A stretch of 64,000 bases of DNA from assembly GCA_965224025.1 (NCBI GenBank), contig OZ245033.1, positions 4,480,001-4,544,000 on the forward strand. The letters run 5' to 3'. The position numbers and the translations under genes were made by a program. This document shows, piece after piece, positions 49,706-58,373 of this stretch (its first letter is position 1; each line of letters begins with the position of its first letter). The notes below the pieces were generated by a model. That model was not told where the DNA came from. It saw only the letters and a program-made list of their open reading frames with translations, and did not search any database. This DNA is from Candidatus Multivorans sp. (GTDB taxonomy: Bacteria; Acidobacteriota; Thermoanaerobaculia; Multivoradales; Multivoraceae).

Positions 49706-49950
49706 AAAGGGAGTGTAGCTGGGGGTAGGCAAACGGAATCCGGCCACCCTTCGTAGGAGTATGCGAGCCTGGACCGGTCCTGCCGGCGGAGACCACCAGC
49801 ATCCCCACCATGGCGCTCTACGAACGGGCGGCCGAGGCGTCTCCGCTCGCGTCCGAGACCCGCATACACGGCGCGCTGGCCGACCCGCTCATGCATCGTG
49901 TGCTCACCGGGATCGTCGATGAGATCGGCTACGGTCTCCTCTGATTCCCC

Positions 49951-50976
49951 TCAGAACCGGTCCGCCTCCCAGAACGCGAACCGCTCCGGCGGCAGGCAGC
50001 CGGTCAGCACGTCGTCTTCCCTGGCCACTCCGAGCCGGTCGGCCAGCGCGTCGTCGTCCAGGCAGCGGACCATCCAGGTCGCCGGCGGCCGGGTGTCCGG
50101 CGGCACTTCGTCCCAGGCGGGTTGGGTCTCGATCCGGGCGCCGGCATCGGCAAACGCGGCTTCCAGCACCTCGTCTCGGACCAGGGGCAAACGGATCGAC
50201 AGCACGCCGCGGCCGGCCATCGCGGCGGCCACCAGCTCGCACAGGGCCTGAGCCGCGTCGCGATCGCGGCCCCACTCCAGGACGCGGAGGCGGCCACCAA
50301 TGTCGGCGACACGGACGTAGGCGCTGATCTCCGGCCCCCTGTCGGCGACCCGGATGTCCTCGTCCGGGTTCCCGGCGAGTTGAAAGCTGCCCCGCCAGCC
50401 CCCAGCGTCCCGGTGGACGATGCCGTCGAGCGGAACGCCGGCGGCGCCTTCCGCGTAGACGCGCCAGAGGCGCTCCAGTCCGTCGCGGTCGGTCGCCGGG
50501 TCGTAGCGGCGCGCCCCAGAAACGGCCGACATGGAGCGGTCAGCCCAGTGCAGCGTTCGCCAGCCCCTTGACCACGGCCGGTAGCCGTGCTTTCCGTACC
50601 ACTCGAGCCGCTCGGCCAGCAGGTAGGACAGCACCATCCCCTGCTCCCGCATCGCCACGATCGCCCGCTCGAGAAGCGCTCCCGCCACACCGCGGCGACG
50701 GGAATCCTGCCGCGTGAACACGCTGCCGATGCCGCCCATCGGCAACACCCTGCCGCCGACCCGCACCCGGCGCGGGAAGATCTGGACGCACGAGAGCAGC
50801 TCGCCGGCCTGCTCCGCCACCCATACGTTGCGGGGCTCGAACGCCGGATCGAGTTCGATGTAGCGGCGAAAGAAGTCCCGCCCTCGCTGGCCGGCGGGGA
50901 AAGGCCAGCCGTCGAGCAGGTCGAGCAGGGCCTCGATCTCGTTGGCGCGGAGGGTACGGTGCCGTGTGCCCGCCAT
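49951..50976 (-). CDS. GNAT acetyltransferase (Eis-like)
   Basis: GGIGSVFT...RRRGVA, WYGKHGY, second degenerate GNAT domain. Confidence 0.8.
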   Translation of the reverse strand: MAGTRHRTLRANEIEALLDLLDGWPFPAGQRGRDFFRRYIELDPAFEPRNVWVAEQAGELLSCVQIFPRRVRVGGRVLPMGGIGSVFTRQDSRRRGVAGALLERAIVAMREQGMVLSYLLAERLEWYGKHGYRPWSRGWRTLHWADRSMSAVSGARRYDPATDRDGLERLWRVYAEGAAGVPLDGIVHRDAGGWRGSFQLAGNPDEDIRVADRGPEISAYVRVADIGGRLRVLEWGRDRDAAQALCELVAAAMAGRGVLSIRLPLVRDEVLEAAFADAGARIETQPAWDEVPPDTRPPATWMVRCLDDDALADRLGVAREDDVLTGCLPPERFAFWEADRF

Positions 50977-51011
50977 GGCGCCGACTTTGCCACGCGTGCT
51001 GCCCCTGCATC

Positions 51012-51046
51012 TTGACGCCGGGACCGAACTTAGCCAGACTTAGCTA
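51012..51046 (+). promoter_or_regulatory. Putative sigma70 promoter with repeated ACTTAGC operator-like boxes
   Basis: TTGACG-N17-CAGACT overlapped by ACTTAGC x2. Confidence 0.45.
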
Positions 51047-51069
51047 GGCCGACTCTGGAGGGGAGAACG

Positions 51070-51435
51070 CTGGACACCCACACGTTCCTGTGGTGCTTGT
51101 CCGATCCAGGACGACTGCGCGTGACCTCGCGCAACGTCATTGAGGACCCACGCAACGAGATCTTCGTCAGCCCGATCGCAGCCTGGGAGATCACGTTCAA
51201 GCGCCTCAGTGGGCAGATGGAAGCCCCCGACAACCTCGCCCCTCTCGTCGAGGAAAAGGGGTTTACCCATCTGCCGCTGACGTTCCACCACGCCGAGTTG
51301 GCAGCGCGCCTGCCGCGCCACCACAAGGACCCGTTCGATCGGTTCCTGATCGCCCAGGCTCAAGCCGAAGGGCTGACGATCGTGAGTCGCGACGCGTACT
51401 TCCCGCTCTACGGGGTCCGAACCCTCCGATCTTGA
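51070..51435 (+). pseudogene. Orphan VapC/PIN toxin lacking a canonical start and a cognate antitoxin
   Basis: LDTHTFLW...S....WEI..K...HHKDPFDRFLIAQA..EGLTIVSRD. No ATG/GTG/TTG in frame upstream of LDTH. Confidence 0.7.
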
Positions 51436-51487
51436 GGTCCGCCCGAGTTCGACCGCATCCCGGAGGCGCGGCGTTAGGCTTTGCCGC

Positions 51488-53740
51488 GTGAACCAGCGCA
51501 TCCTGACGCTGCCGGGGCTCTTGCTCCTGCCGCTCGCCGCGACCGCCCAGACGGAACCACCGATCCACGTCGAGCCGTTCCTGCAGCAGGTTGCCGAGTA
51601 CGAGGCGCCGGTCGACGACGCCAGCGCCTTTCCTCCGGCACCGCCGTCCCCCTCCCGCATCGCCGACGCCCCCGGCGAAGTTCGCGAGATCGTCACGGAT
51701 GCCGCCATCCGGATCGCGGCCGCCTCGTCCACCGGTCTGTACCTGCGAGACGGCTCGGACACCGTCTGGCGGCGCCTGTTGCCGCGCGATGGCAACCGGA
51801 GCTGGGCGCCGGTTGACGTGCGGGCGGTCGAGTTCGACTACGACGGCGGGCTGTGGTTCGCCTCGCCCCAGGGCCTGGGCGTGCAGGACGCCGACACCGG
51901 CGCCTGGCGGCTCTACGACCGCACCGACGGCCTGCCCTGGAACGACTTCACCAGCCTCGCCGCGGCGCCCGACGGCTCGATCTGGGCCGGGACGACGCGA
52001 GGACTGGTTCACTTGATGCCCGGGTTGGACGAAGGGACCGCCGCGTCCGCGGATGCGGGCGAGACACCCGCGTTCCCGGGAGCAGAGTCGAACGGCGGCC
52101 CGAAGGCGGCGCGCCGCGCCAGGCCGCGCTGGCAGTACAGGCAGGGGCGGCGCTGGCTGCCCCACGACCATGTGCTGGAAGTCCAGGTCGACCGGGACGG
52201 CACGGTGCGGGTCGAGACCGCCGCCGGACCCGGCGCGATCCACCTGCGGCCGATGACCCTGCGGCGGAAGGCGGACCGCTTCCACGTAGCGATCGACCGC
52301 TTCCACCGGCGAACGCCCTACGGCTACGTCCTCGGCGTCGCGCTCGAGCAGCCCGGCGATACGTCGACATTCTCCCGGCACGACAGTGACAACGACGGCC
52401 TGTGGACCTCGATGTACGGCGCCGCCGAGTGCTTCCGCTGGGCCGTCACCGGCGATCCCGAGGCCCGCGAGCGGGCGCGCAAGGCCTTCGAGGCGCTGCG
52501 CTTCCTGCAATTCGTCACCCAGGGCGGCACGCCGCCGGCCGAGCGCGGCTTCGTCGCCCGCACCATCCTGCCGGCCGACGGTCCCGACCCGAACGCAGGC
52601 AGGCTCGAGAACGATCGCCGGATGCGGGAGCAGCGGGACGGCCTGTGGAAGGTGATCGACCCCCGCTGGCCAACGAGCGCGGACGGCAAGTGGTACTGGA
52701 AGAGCGACACGAGCTCCGACGAGCTGGACGGCCACTTCTTCTTCTACGCCCTCTACTACGACCTGGTCGCGGAGAGCGACGCCGAACGCGCCGAGGTGCG
52801 CGAAACGGTGCTGGCGATCTTGGACCACCTGATCGACCACGGCGGCGGCCTGGTCGACCACGACGGCAAGCGAACCCGCTGGGCGGTGTTCGGCCCGGAG
52901 CAACTGAACCACGACCAGGAGTGGTGGGAGGAGCGCGGCCTCAACTCGCTCTCCTACCTGACCTACCTGCGGATCGCCGAGCACATGAGCAGCACGGGTT
53001 CGGAAGCCGAAGTTCAGCGCGGGCAGCGCTACGCCGAGGCCGCGCAAACCCTTCTCGACGACCACGCCTACGCCGCGAACCTGCGCAACCCGAAGGTCCA
53101 GAGCGGTCCCGGCAGCGGCAACCAGTCCGACGACGAGATGGCGTTCATGAACTTCTACCACCTGCTCAAGTACGAGCGGGACGAGGCGCTCCGAAGCGTG
53201 GTCGCCCACTCGCTGCGGCAGTACTGGAAGGTCCTGCAGCCCGAGCGGAATCCCCTGTTCGACTTCATCCATGCCGCCGCGATCGACGGCGCCAGCTACC
53301 GCGACGCGTTCGACGACGAGACCTACAGCCGCGACGACTTCCCGCTCGACGACGCCGCCCTGAGCCTTGTCCTCTACCCGCTTGACCGCTTCGACTGGGC
53401 GCTCACGAACAGTCACCGCCTCGACATCGTCCTGCTCCGCGAAACCGTGCGGCGCGAACTCGCGCCGCACCTGAACCAGTCCGAGCGCCCGTCATCGGGC
53501 GCTCGGAAGGACCAGGAAGAACGCCGCGGTCCGCGCGGCCACCTGCTCGACGGCCGCGTGCTGCCGATCGACGAGCGCTTCGTCAACCACTGGAATCACG
53601 ACCCGTGGCGGCTCGATCACGGCGGCCAGGGCCGCTATCTGGCCGACGGCGCGAGCTTCCTGCTCCCCTACTACCTGGGCCTGTATCACGGGCTGATCGA
53701 AGAGACCGCCGGCGAAGCGGGCACGGAGGCCGCGGAGTGA
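51488..53740 (+). CDS. Secreted protein: beta-propeller (two-component-regulator-type repeats) + helical toroid-like domain, possible glycoside hydrolase
   Basis: Signal peptide, DGLPWNDFT / IWAGT repeats, acidic motifs DNDGLWT, DTSSDELDGH, NQSDDEM. Confidence 0.75.
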   Translation: MNQRILTLPGLLLLPLAATAQTEPPIHVEPFLQQVAEYEAPVDDASAFPPAPPSPSRIADAPGEVREIVTDAAIRIAAASSTGLYLRDGSDTVWRRLLPRDGNRSWAPVDVRAVEFDYDGGLWFASPQGLGVQDADTGAWRLYDRTDGLPWNDFTSLAAAPDGSIWAGTTRGLVHLMPGLDEGTAASADAGETPAFPGAESNGGPKAARRARPRWQYRQGRRWLPHDHVLEVQVDRDGTVRVETAAGPGAIHLRPMTLRRKADRFHVAIDRFHRRTPYGYVLGVALEQPGDTSTFSRHDSDNDGLWTSMYGAAECFRWAVTGDPEARERARKAFEALRFLQFVTQGGTPPAERGFVARTILPADGPDPNAGRLENDRRMREQRDGLWKVIDPRWPTSADGKWYWKSDTSSDELDGHFFFYALYYDLVAESDAERAEVRETVLAILDHLIDHGGGLVDHDGKRTRWAVFGPEQLNHDQEWWEERGLNSLSYLTYLRIAEHMSSTGSEAEVQRGQRYAEAAQTLLDDHAYAANLRNPKVQSGPGSGNQSDDEMAFMNFYHLLKYERDEALRSVVAHSLRQYWKVLQPERNPLFDFIHAAAIDGASYRDAFDDETYSRDDFPLDDAALSLVLYPLDRFDWALTNSHRLDIVLLRETVRRELAPHLNQSERPSSGARKDQEERRGPRGHLLDGRVLPIDERFVNHWNHDPWRLDHGGQGRYLADGASFLLPYYLGLYHGLIEETAGEAGTEAAE
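52051..52080 (+). repeat. Short family-A REP unit inside the CDS, in frame
   Basis: GGATGCGGGCGAGACACCCGCGTTCCCGGG matches hairpin 1 plus the terminal GTTCCC of the family A repeats. Confidence 0.65.
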
Positions 53741-54615
53741 CGGCCGGCGAGGTCGACGCGCCGCGCGTGGCGCTGCAGCTCTACACGCTGCGCCGGCAGG
53801 CGCGGGAGAATCTCGAAACCGCCCTCGACCAGGCCGCCGATGCCGGTTACCGCGAGGTCGAGTGGTTCGGCGGCCTGTGGAACCGCACCACGGCCGAACT
53901 GCGGCAGTTCCTCGCCGACCGGGGCCTCTCCCTGGCGGCGGCTCACGTGCCCTTGGCCGACCTGGAAGCGGACCCGGCCGAGGTGATGCAGACCTTCCGC
54001 GAGCTCGACTGCGAAGTCCTCGCCTGCCCCTGGCTCGACGAAGCCCAGCGGGGCGACGGCGGTCGCGCGCACTACCTGGAACTCGGAGGGCGGCTCGATC
54101 TGCTGAGTTACCGGTTCCGCGCCGGCGGCTTTCGCTTCGCGTACCACAACCACGAGTTCGAGCTGCTGCCCTTCGACGACGGCGAGCCCGAGCGCCTCGG
54201 CGTCGACGGCCTGCGCGCGCTCGCTTCCTGCCGCTCGCACGACGGCTGGGGGCTGGAACTCGACATCTACTGGGCGGCTTTCGCGGGGCACGATCCGGCA
54301 GCCCTCATACGGGAACTGGGCGACCGGATCCACATCCTGCACCTCAAGGACGGCCTGCTGTCGGGCGCCGCGTCCGAACGCAGCCCGGAGCGCGCCACCG
54401 CCGAGCGCTGGTTCCGGGCGCTCGGCGAGGGCGACGTCGACGTGTCCGGCTGCGTAGAGGCGGGGCTCGAGGCCGGGGTGCGCCTGTTCGTCGTCGAGCA
54501 GGACGAGACCGCGGAGGCGGAAGACTCGCCGGCCGACGACGCGGCCGCAAGCCTTCGTCATCTCGGTACAGCCACCGCTCTCGGCCGCACCCTGGCCGCG
54601 CGAGAAGCCACATGA
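53737..54615 (+). CDS. Sugar phosphate isomerase/epimerase (xylose isomerase-like TIM barrel)
   Basis: LQLYTLR, YHNHEFE, ELDIYW, HLKD, VEQD. GTGA overlap. Confidence 0.88.
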   Translation: MTAGEVDAPRVALQLYTLRRQARENLETALDQAADAGYREVEWFGGLWNRTTAELRQFLADRGLSLAAAHVPLADLEADPAEVMQTFRELDCEVLACPWLDEAQRGDGGRAHYLELGGRLDLLSYRFRAGGFRFAYHNHEFELLPFDDGEPERLGVDGLRALASCRSHDGWGLELDIYWAAFAGHDPAALIRELGDRIHILHLKDGLLSGAASERSPERATAERWFRALGEGDVDVSGCVEAGLEAGVRLFVVEQDETAEAEDSPADDAAASLRHLGTATALGRTLAAREAT

Positions 54616-56192
54616 CCTGGGGTCTCTCCGGCCTCGACACGGGGATCGTCCTCGTCTATCTCGCGGGCATCCTGGTCATCGGCACCACCTTCAGCCGCTA
54701 CGTGAAGACCAGCGGCGACTTCCTGCTCGCCGGCCGCGCCCTGCCGTTCTGGGCGATCGGCATGTCGATCGTGGTCAGCGACATCGGCGCCACGGACTTC
54801 ATCGCCGTCGCCGGCGGCACCTACCGCTACGGCCTTGCCCAGGCCAACTTCGACTGGCTCGGCTCGATGCCGGCACTTCTGATCGCCGCCTTCCTGATCG
54901 TGCCCCTCTACTGGCGAAGCGGCGTCTACACCGTGCCCGAGTTCCTGGGCCGCCGCTACGGCGACGGCGTGCGCAGCTTCCTCGCCCTGGCCTGGGGCGT
55001 GATCCTGGTGCTCAACCTGGGCATCATGATTCACGCCACGGCGCTCCTCATGCGCACGGTCCTGGGCTGGGATCCGCAGCTCTCGATCTGGATCACGACC
55101 GGCATCGTCGGCATCTACACGATCAGCGGAGGTCTGGCCGCCGTCGTGATGACCGACGTGCTGCAACTCATCATCATGTTCGTCGGCGGCGCCGCCCTGG
55201 TGGCGCGCGCCCTGCACGAAGTCGGCGGACTCGCCGCGCTGCGCGAAGGCATCCTGAACCAGGGCCCCCAATACGCCGACCACTTCTCGCTCTACCTGCC
55301 GCACGACACCGCGACTCCCTTCCCCTGGACGGGCATCGTCCTGGGCCTCGGCATCGTCCTCTCCGTGGCCTACTACACCGGCAACCAGACCATGGTGCAG
55401 CGAGCACTCGGCGCCCGCAGCGAGTGGGACGCGAAGGCCGGCGTGCTGCTCGCCGGTTTCCTCAAGCTGTTCATCCCCCTGCTCGTCGCCCTGCCGGGAC
55501 TGGCCGCGATCCTGATCGTCCCAGACCTTGCGAACGCCGACGAGGCGGTGCCCAGCCTGATCGCCCAGTTGCTGCCGCCGGGGCTGCGCGGTCTGATGTT
55601 CGCGGCCTTCCTGGCGGCGCTGATGTCGAGCGTCGACTCGAACCTGAACTCGGCGGCCACCCTCTGGAGCCGCGACCTGCTCGGGCGGCTGCGGCGGCGA
55701 TGGCGCCGCAGCGACCTTGGAACCGCCGCCGAACTCCGTTTCGGCCGCATCCTGTCCGCTGTGCTGCTGCTGGCGGCCGCCTTCATCGCCCCCGAGATCG
55801 AGCAGCGCTTCAGCAACATCTACAACGCGATCCAGACCGTCTTCTCCTTGATCCAGGGGCCGACCCTGGCGGTGCTCCTGCTCGGCATCCTGTGGCGCCG
55901 GGCCAACCGCTACGGCGGCGGTGCGGGCCTGGCCGCGGGCGTCGGCTTGTGCCTGCTGCTGAACAGCCCGGCGATGGACGGGCTGTTTCCGTCCGAGGAG
56001 CCCTTCCTCTTCGTCGCTTGGTGGTCGTTCGTGTTCACTCTCGCCGTGACCTGGATCGTCAGCCGTCTGACGCCCCCCGAACCGCCGGAGCGCCTGCGTG
56101 GCTTGGTCTGGGGCGAGGTGCGGAGCGACGAGGCGTTGCAGGCCGCGCTGCGGAGCAGGGTCGCGAGACTGCAGGAACGCGAAAGTGAATAG
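54612..56192 (+). CDS. Sodium:solute symporter
   Basis: DFLLAGR.LP, AVVMTDVLQ, NQTMVQR, AALMSSVDS. ATGA overlap. Confidence 0.9.
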   Translation: MTWGLSGLDTGIVLVYLAGILVIGTTFSRYVKTSGDFLLAGRALPFWAIGMSIVVSDIGATDFIAVAGGTYRYGLAQANFDWLGSMPALLIAAFLIVPLYWRSGVYTVPEFLGRRYGDGVRSFLALAWGVILVLNLGIMIHATALLMRTVLGWDPQLSIWITTGIVGIYTISGGLAAVVMTDVLQLIIMFVGGAALVARALHEVGGLAALREGILNQGPQYADHFSLYLPHDTATPFPWTGIVLGLGIVLSVAYYTGNQTMVQRALGARSEWDAKAGVLLAGFLKLFIPLLVALPGLAAILIVPDLANADEAVPSLIAQLLPPGLRGLMFAAFLAALMSSVDSNLNSAATLWSRDLLGRLRRRWRRSDLGTAAELRFGRILSAVLLLAAAFIAPEIEQRFSNIYNAIQTVFSLIQGPTLAVLLLGILWRRANRYGGGAGLAAGVGLCLLLNSPAMDGLFPSEEPFLFVAWWSFVFTLAVTWIVSRLTPPEPPERLRGLVWGEVRSDEALQAALRSRVARLQERESE

Positions 56193-56204
56193 CGAGCGAA
56201 GGCA

Positions 56205-56307
56205 CCTGGGAACCCGCGTGGCGCGAACCAGCGCCACACGCGAACCACTCCGTGCGCCGGTCATTCGGCGCACGGATGGCACGCGGGCGTCTCGCCCGCA
56301 TCCGGCG
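56205..56307 (-). repeat. REP-like element family A, copy 3 (reverse orientation)
   Basis: Reverse complement is CGCCGGATGCGGGCGAGACGCCCGCGTGCCATCCGTGCGCCGAATGACCGGCGCAC...GGGTTCCCAGG. Confidence 0.85.
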
Positions 56308-56339
56308 CCAAGCGCGGATTCGCACGCGAGAGCACAGCC

Positions 56340-56579
56340 ATGAGAACAATCCTCGAGTTCGTCCTCGGCCCGATCAACGACGCGATGGGCGCATTGCCAC
56401 TCTGGAGCGCGCGGATTGCCGTGGCTCTCCTGCTCGTCTTGCCGGCAGTCGCCGTCTGGCGGCTCAGCCGCGACTGGGTGCTTCGCGGCGCGCCGGACCG
56501 CGCCCGCTGGCGCGACCTGCGAATCTGGGCCGCGCTGTTCATCGTTCCGTACCTCGTGATCTACCTCCTGTTGGCCTGA
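56340..56579 (+). CDS. Small 2-TM membrane protein
   Basis: 79 aa, two hydrophobic helices, GAPD.ARWRDLRIWA motif. Confidence 0.7.
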   Translation: MRTILEFVLGPINDAMGALPLWSARIAVALLLVLPAVAVWRLSRDWVLRGAPDRARWRDLRIWAALFIVPYLVIYLLLA

Positions 56580-56599
56580 CCGAGCACTCCTGCAACGCC

Positions 56600-56818
56600 A
56601 TGACCCCGGACCACACCAACCGCGACCGCTCCACGGCCCGCATCCTCGGCGTGTTCCTGGCGGTGCTGTCGATACCGGTTCTGATCGGAGGCTTCTCGGC
56701 TGTCGAGACGATCGACCTCGCGCTCGGAACCGCCGCGGGGGCGGCCCTGCTGCTGGCGGCGGCCGTCCTGATGATCTACGGCAGCCGCGGCCGTTCGAAG
56801 CAGGCTGGAAAGCGCTGA
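56600..56818 (+). CDS. Small 2-TM membrane protein
   Basis: ATG 56600, two hydrophobic helices. Confidence 0.6.
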   Translation: MTPDHTNRDRSTARILGVFLAVLSIPVLIGGFSAVETIDLALGTAAGAALLLAAAVLMIYGSRGRSKQAGKR

Positions 56819-56898
56819 GCGAGCCGCAGCAGCCGGGACCGGCCATCGCGCCGAAGATAACCGAGCACGAGGCGCGCCGGCTGCTTTCGGGCGGGCGG

Positions 56899-57465
56899 TT
56901 GCGCCGGCTCCGGAGCGGCCGGCCCCTGGCGCTGGAGCTCCTGTACCTGCCCCACTGGCTCGTCGTCTACGAGACGGTCGAGATCGGGTCGGGGCGCGCG
57001 GACTCGGACGAGCTCGGCGAACCTCGCGGAAGCCGACGCTTCGCGCCGATTGCCGGTCATAAGGACGGCGCACCCAGTCTCTCCCGCGCAAGCTGCGCGG
57101 TCGGCGCCGGGGAGCAGCTCTCCATCCTCGTCTGTCGGTCAAGCGGTCAGGCGGCACACATCCGGCTGCAGGACGTCAACATTGCACCGGGACCCGAGCC
57201 CCTGCCGCCCGCGCTCCAACCCGCCGAGGCGGAAGAGCGGGCGGCCGATTTCGCCAGTCGCGTCCTGCTGATGGCGGCTCGCGGCAAGCGTCGTCGCGAA
57301 CGCGGCCGGCTGCTTCGCTCCAAACCCTGCGGCTACCCCTACTGGGTCGAGTACTTCCAGCGCCGGCGCAACATCGACTTCCGCGCCCTGGACGCAGTCT
57401 CCGGCAAGAAGGCCGGCGCAGCCGTCCGCGGCGCCATCGCGCAGGGAATCGCGGCCGGCGGTTAG
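56899..57465 (+). CDS. Hypothetical protein
   Basis: YLPHW and YPYWV..F...RALDAVSG motifs. Frame stays open upstream to a CTG at 56815 that overlaps the previous stop. Confidence 0.6.
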   Translation: MRRLRSGRPLALELLYLPHWLVVYETVEIGSGRADSDELGEPRGSRRFAPIAGHKDGAPSLSRASCAVGAGEQLSILVCRSSGQAAHIRLQDVNIAPGPEPLPPALQPAEAEERAADFASRVLLMAARGKRRRERGRLLRSKPCGYPYWVEYFQRRRNIDFRALDAVSGKKAGAAVRGAIAQGIAAGG

Positions 57466-58280
57466 CGCGAGTCCTGGTCGGCATCAGATTCCGCAAGCAC
57501 GCGGTCGGACGCCGCCACGACGAACCGTTCCGCCGCTTCGAGGGCCTCCTCCGCCATCGGCCGGGTGTACGTGGTCGCCGGTATCCCCTCCGCTTGACCG
57601 TTCGGATAGCGGGCCCCGACGTAGTGAACGTCCAGAGCCTTGCCCAAGTCGCGCAGTTCTGGCACCTCCGGCGCTCGTTCGGCGTAGCGGTCGATCATCT
57701 CCACGAGCGAGTGAGTGCGTACGCTCCTCTCGCCCAGGCCGTAGGCGATCGACTTGACCGCCTTCTCAGCCGCCTGCTGTGCAATGAAGCAGGCTTGGCT
57801 GTAGTAGCGCTCCCGAAAAGCCAGCTTCGCGAAGCCGAGGTCGTACTCGGCCATGCCCAGCCACCGCTCGGCTTCGGCCCGCGCCACCTCCGGCGGCGTC
57901 GGCGTCGAGGCCGCCGCACCGCCGCGAAGCGCCTGGAGCTCCTGCTCGACGAGCTCGGCCCAGAGCGTTCCCAGGTGGACGGGTTTCGCCTCCAGCAGCG
58001 CATCCACCAGGAAGGGTCTGCCCGCGGACCTCATCGCCTCGAACTCCTCGGGGGTGTAGACGAGGAGATCCACCGCTCCGCCGGCCGCCGCGATCGCCTC
58101 GGAGTAGGCCAGCCGGCGCCGGGGCTGGGGTTCGTCGCTCGGCTGCACCACGATCAGGTCGATGTCGCTCTCCGCATGGGCCGTTCCCCGGGCCTGCGAT
58201 CCGAACAGCCACGCCGCGTGGGCGGCCTGCTCCTCAAGCAAGGGCCGCATCGCGTCGAGCAGCGTGTCGAGACGGCTCAT
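57462..58280 (-). CDS. Fused minimal nucleotidyltransferase (MNT) - HEPN protein
   Basis: LFGSQARG...SDIDL...VDLLVYTPEEF, then a linker, then WL.MAEYDL...ACFIAQQAAEKAVK...RTHSL...YVGARYP. Confidence 0.85.
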   Translation of the reverse strand: MSRLDTLLDAMRPLLEEQAAHAAWLFGSQARGTAHAESDIDLIVVQPSDEPQPRRRLAYSEAIAAAGGAVDLLVYTPEEFEAMRSAGRPFLVDALLEAKPVHLGTLWAELVEQELQALRGGAAASTPTPPEVARAEAERWLGMAEYDLGFAKLAFRERYYSQACFIAQQAAEKAVKSIAYGLGERSVRTHSLVEMIDRYAERAPEVPELRDLGKALDVHYVGARYPNGQAEGIPATTYTRPMAEEALEAAERFVVAASDRVLAESDADQDSR

Positions 58281-58373
58281 GGCAGGAGCCTATCCCGGCG
58301 GAACCGTCCGGCAGCCGGTCTGCAACAGGTTCGGCGGCGCTACACTTCGCCCTTCCCAACCGAGGAGAACCGA

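Noticed and set aside
49810-49944. 44-aa ORF MALYERAAEASP...GYGLL
   Set aside because: It may be a gene remnant, but I recognise no motif and the support is too weak to call.
29954-56846. Long antisense ORFs such as 29954..32227, 32863..35058, 44020..45957, 51263..53470 and 54558..56846
   Set aside because: Each mirrors a motif-supported gene on the other strand and has no recognisable motifs.
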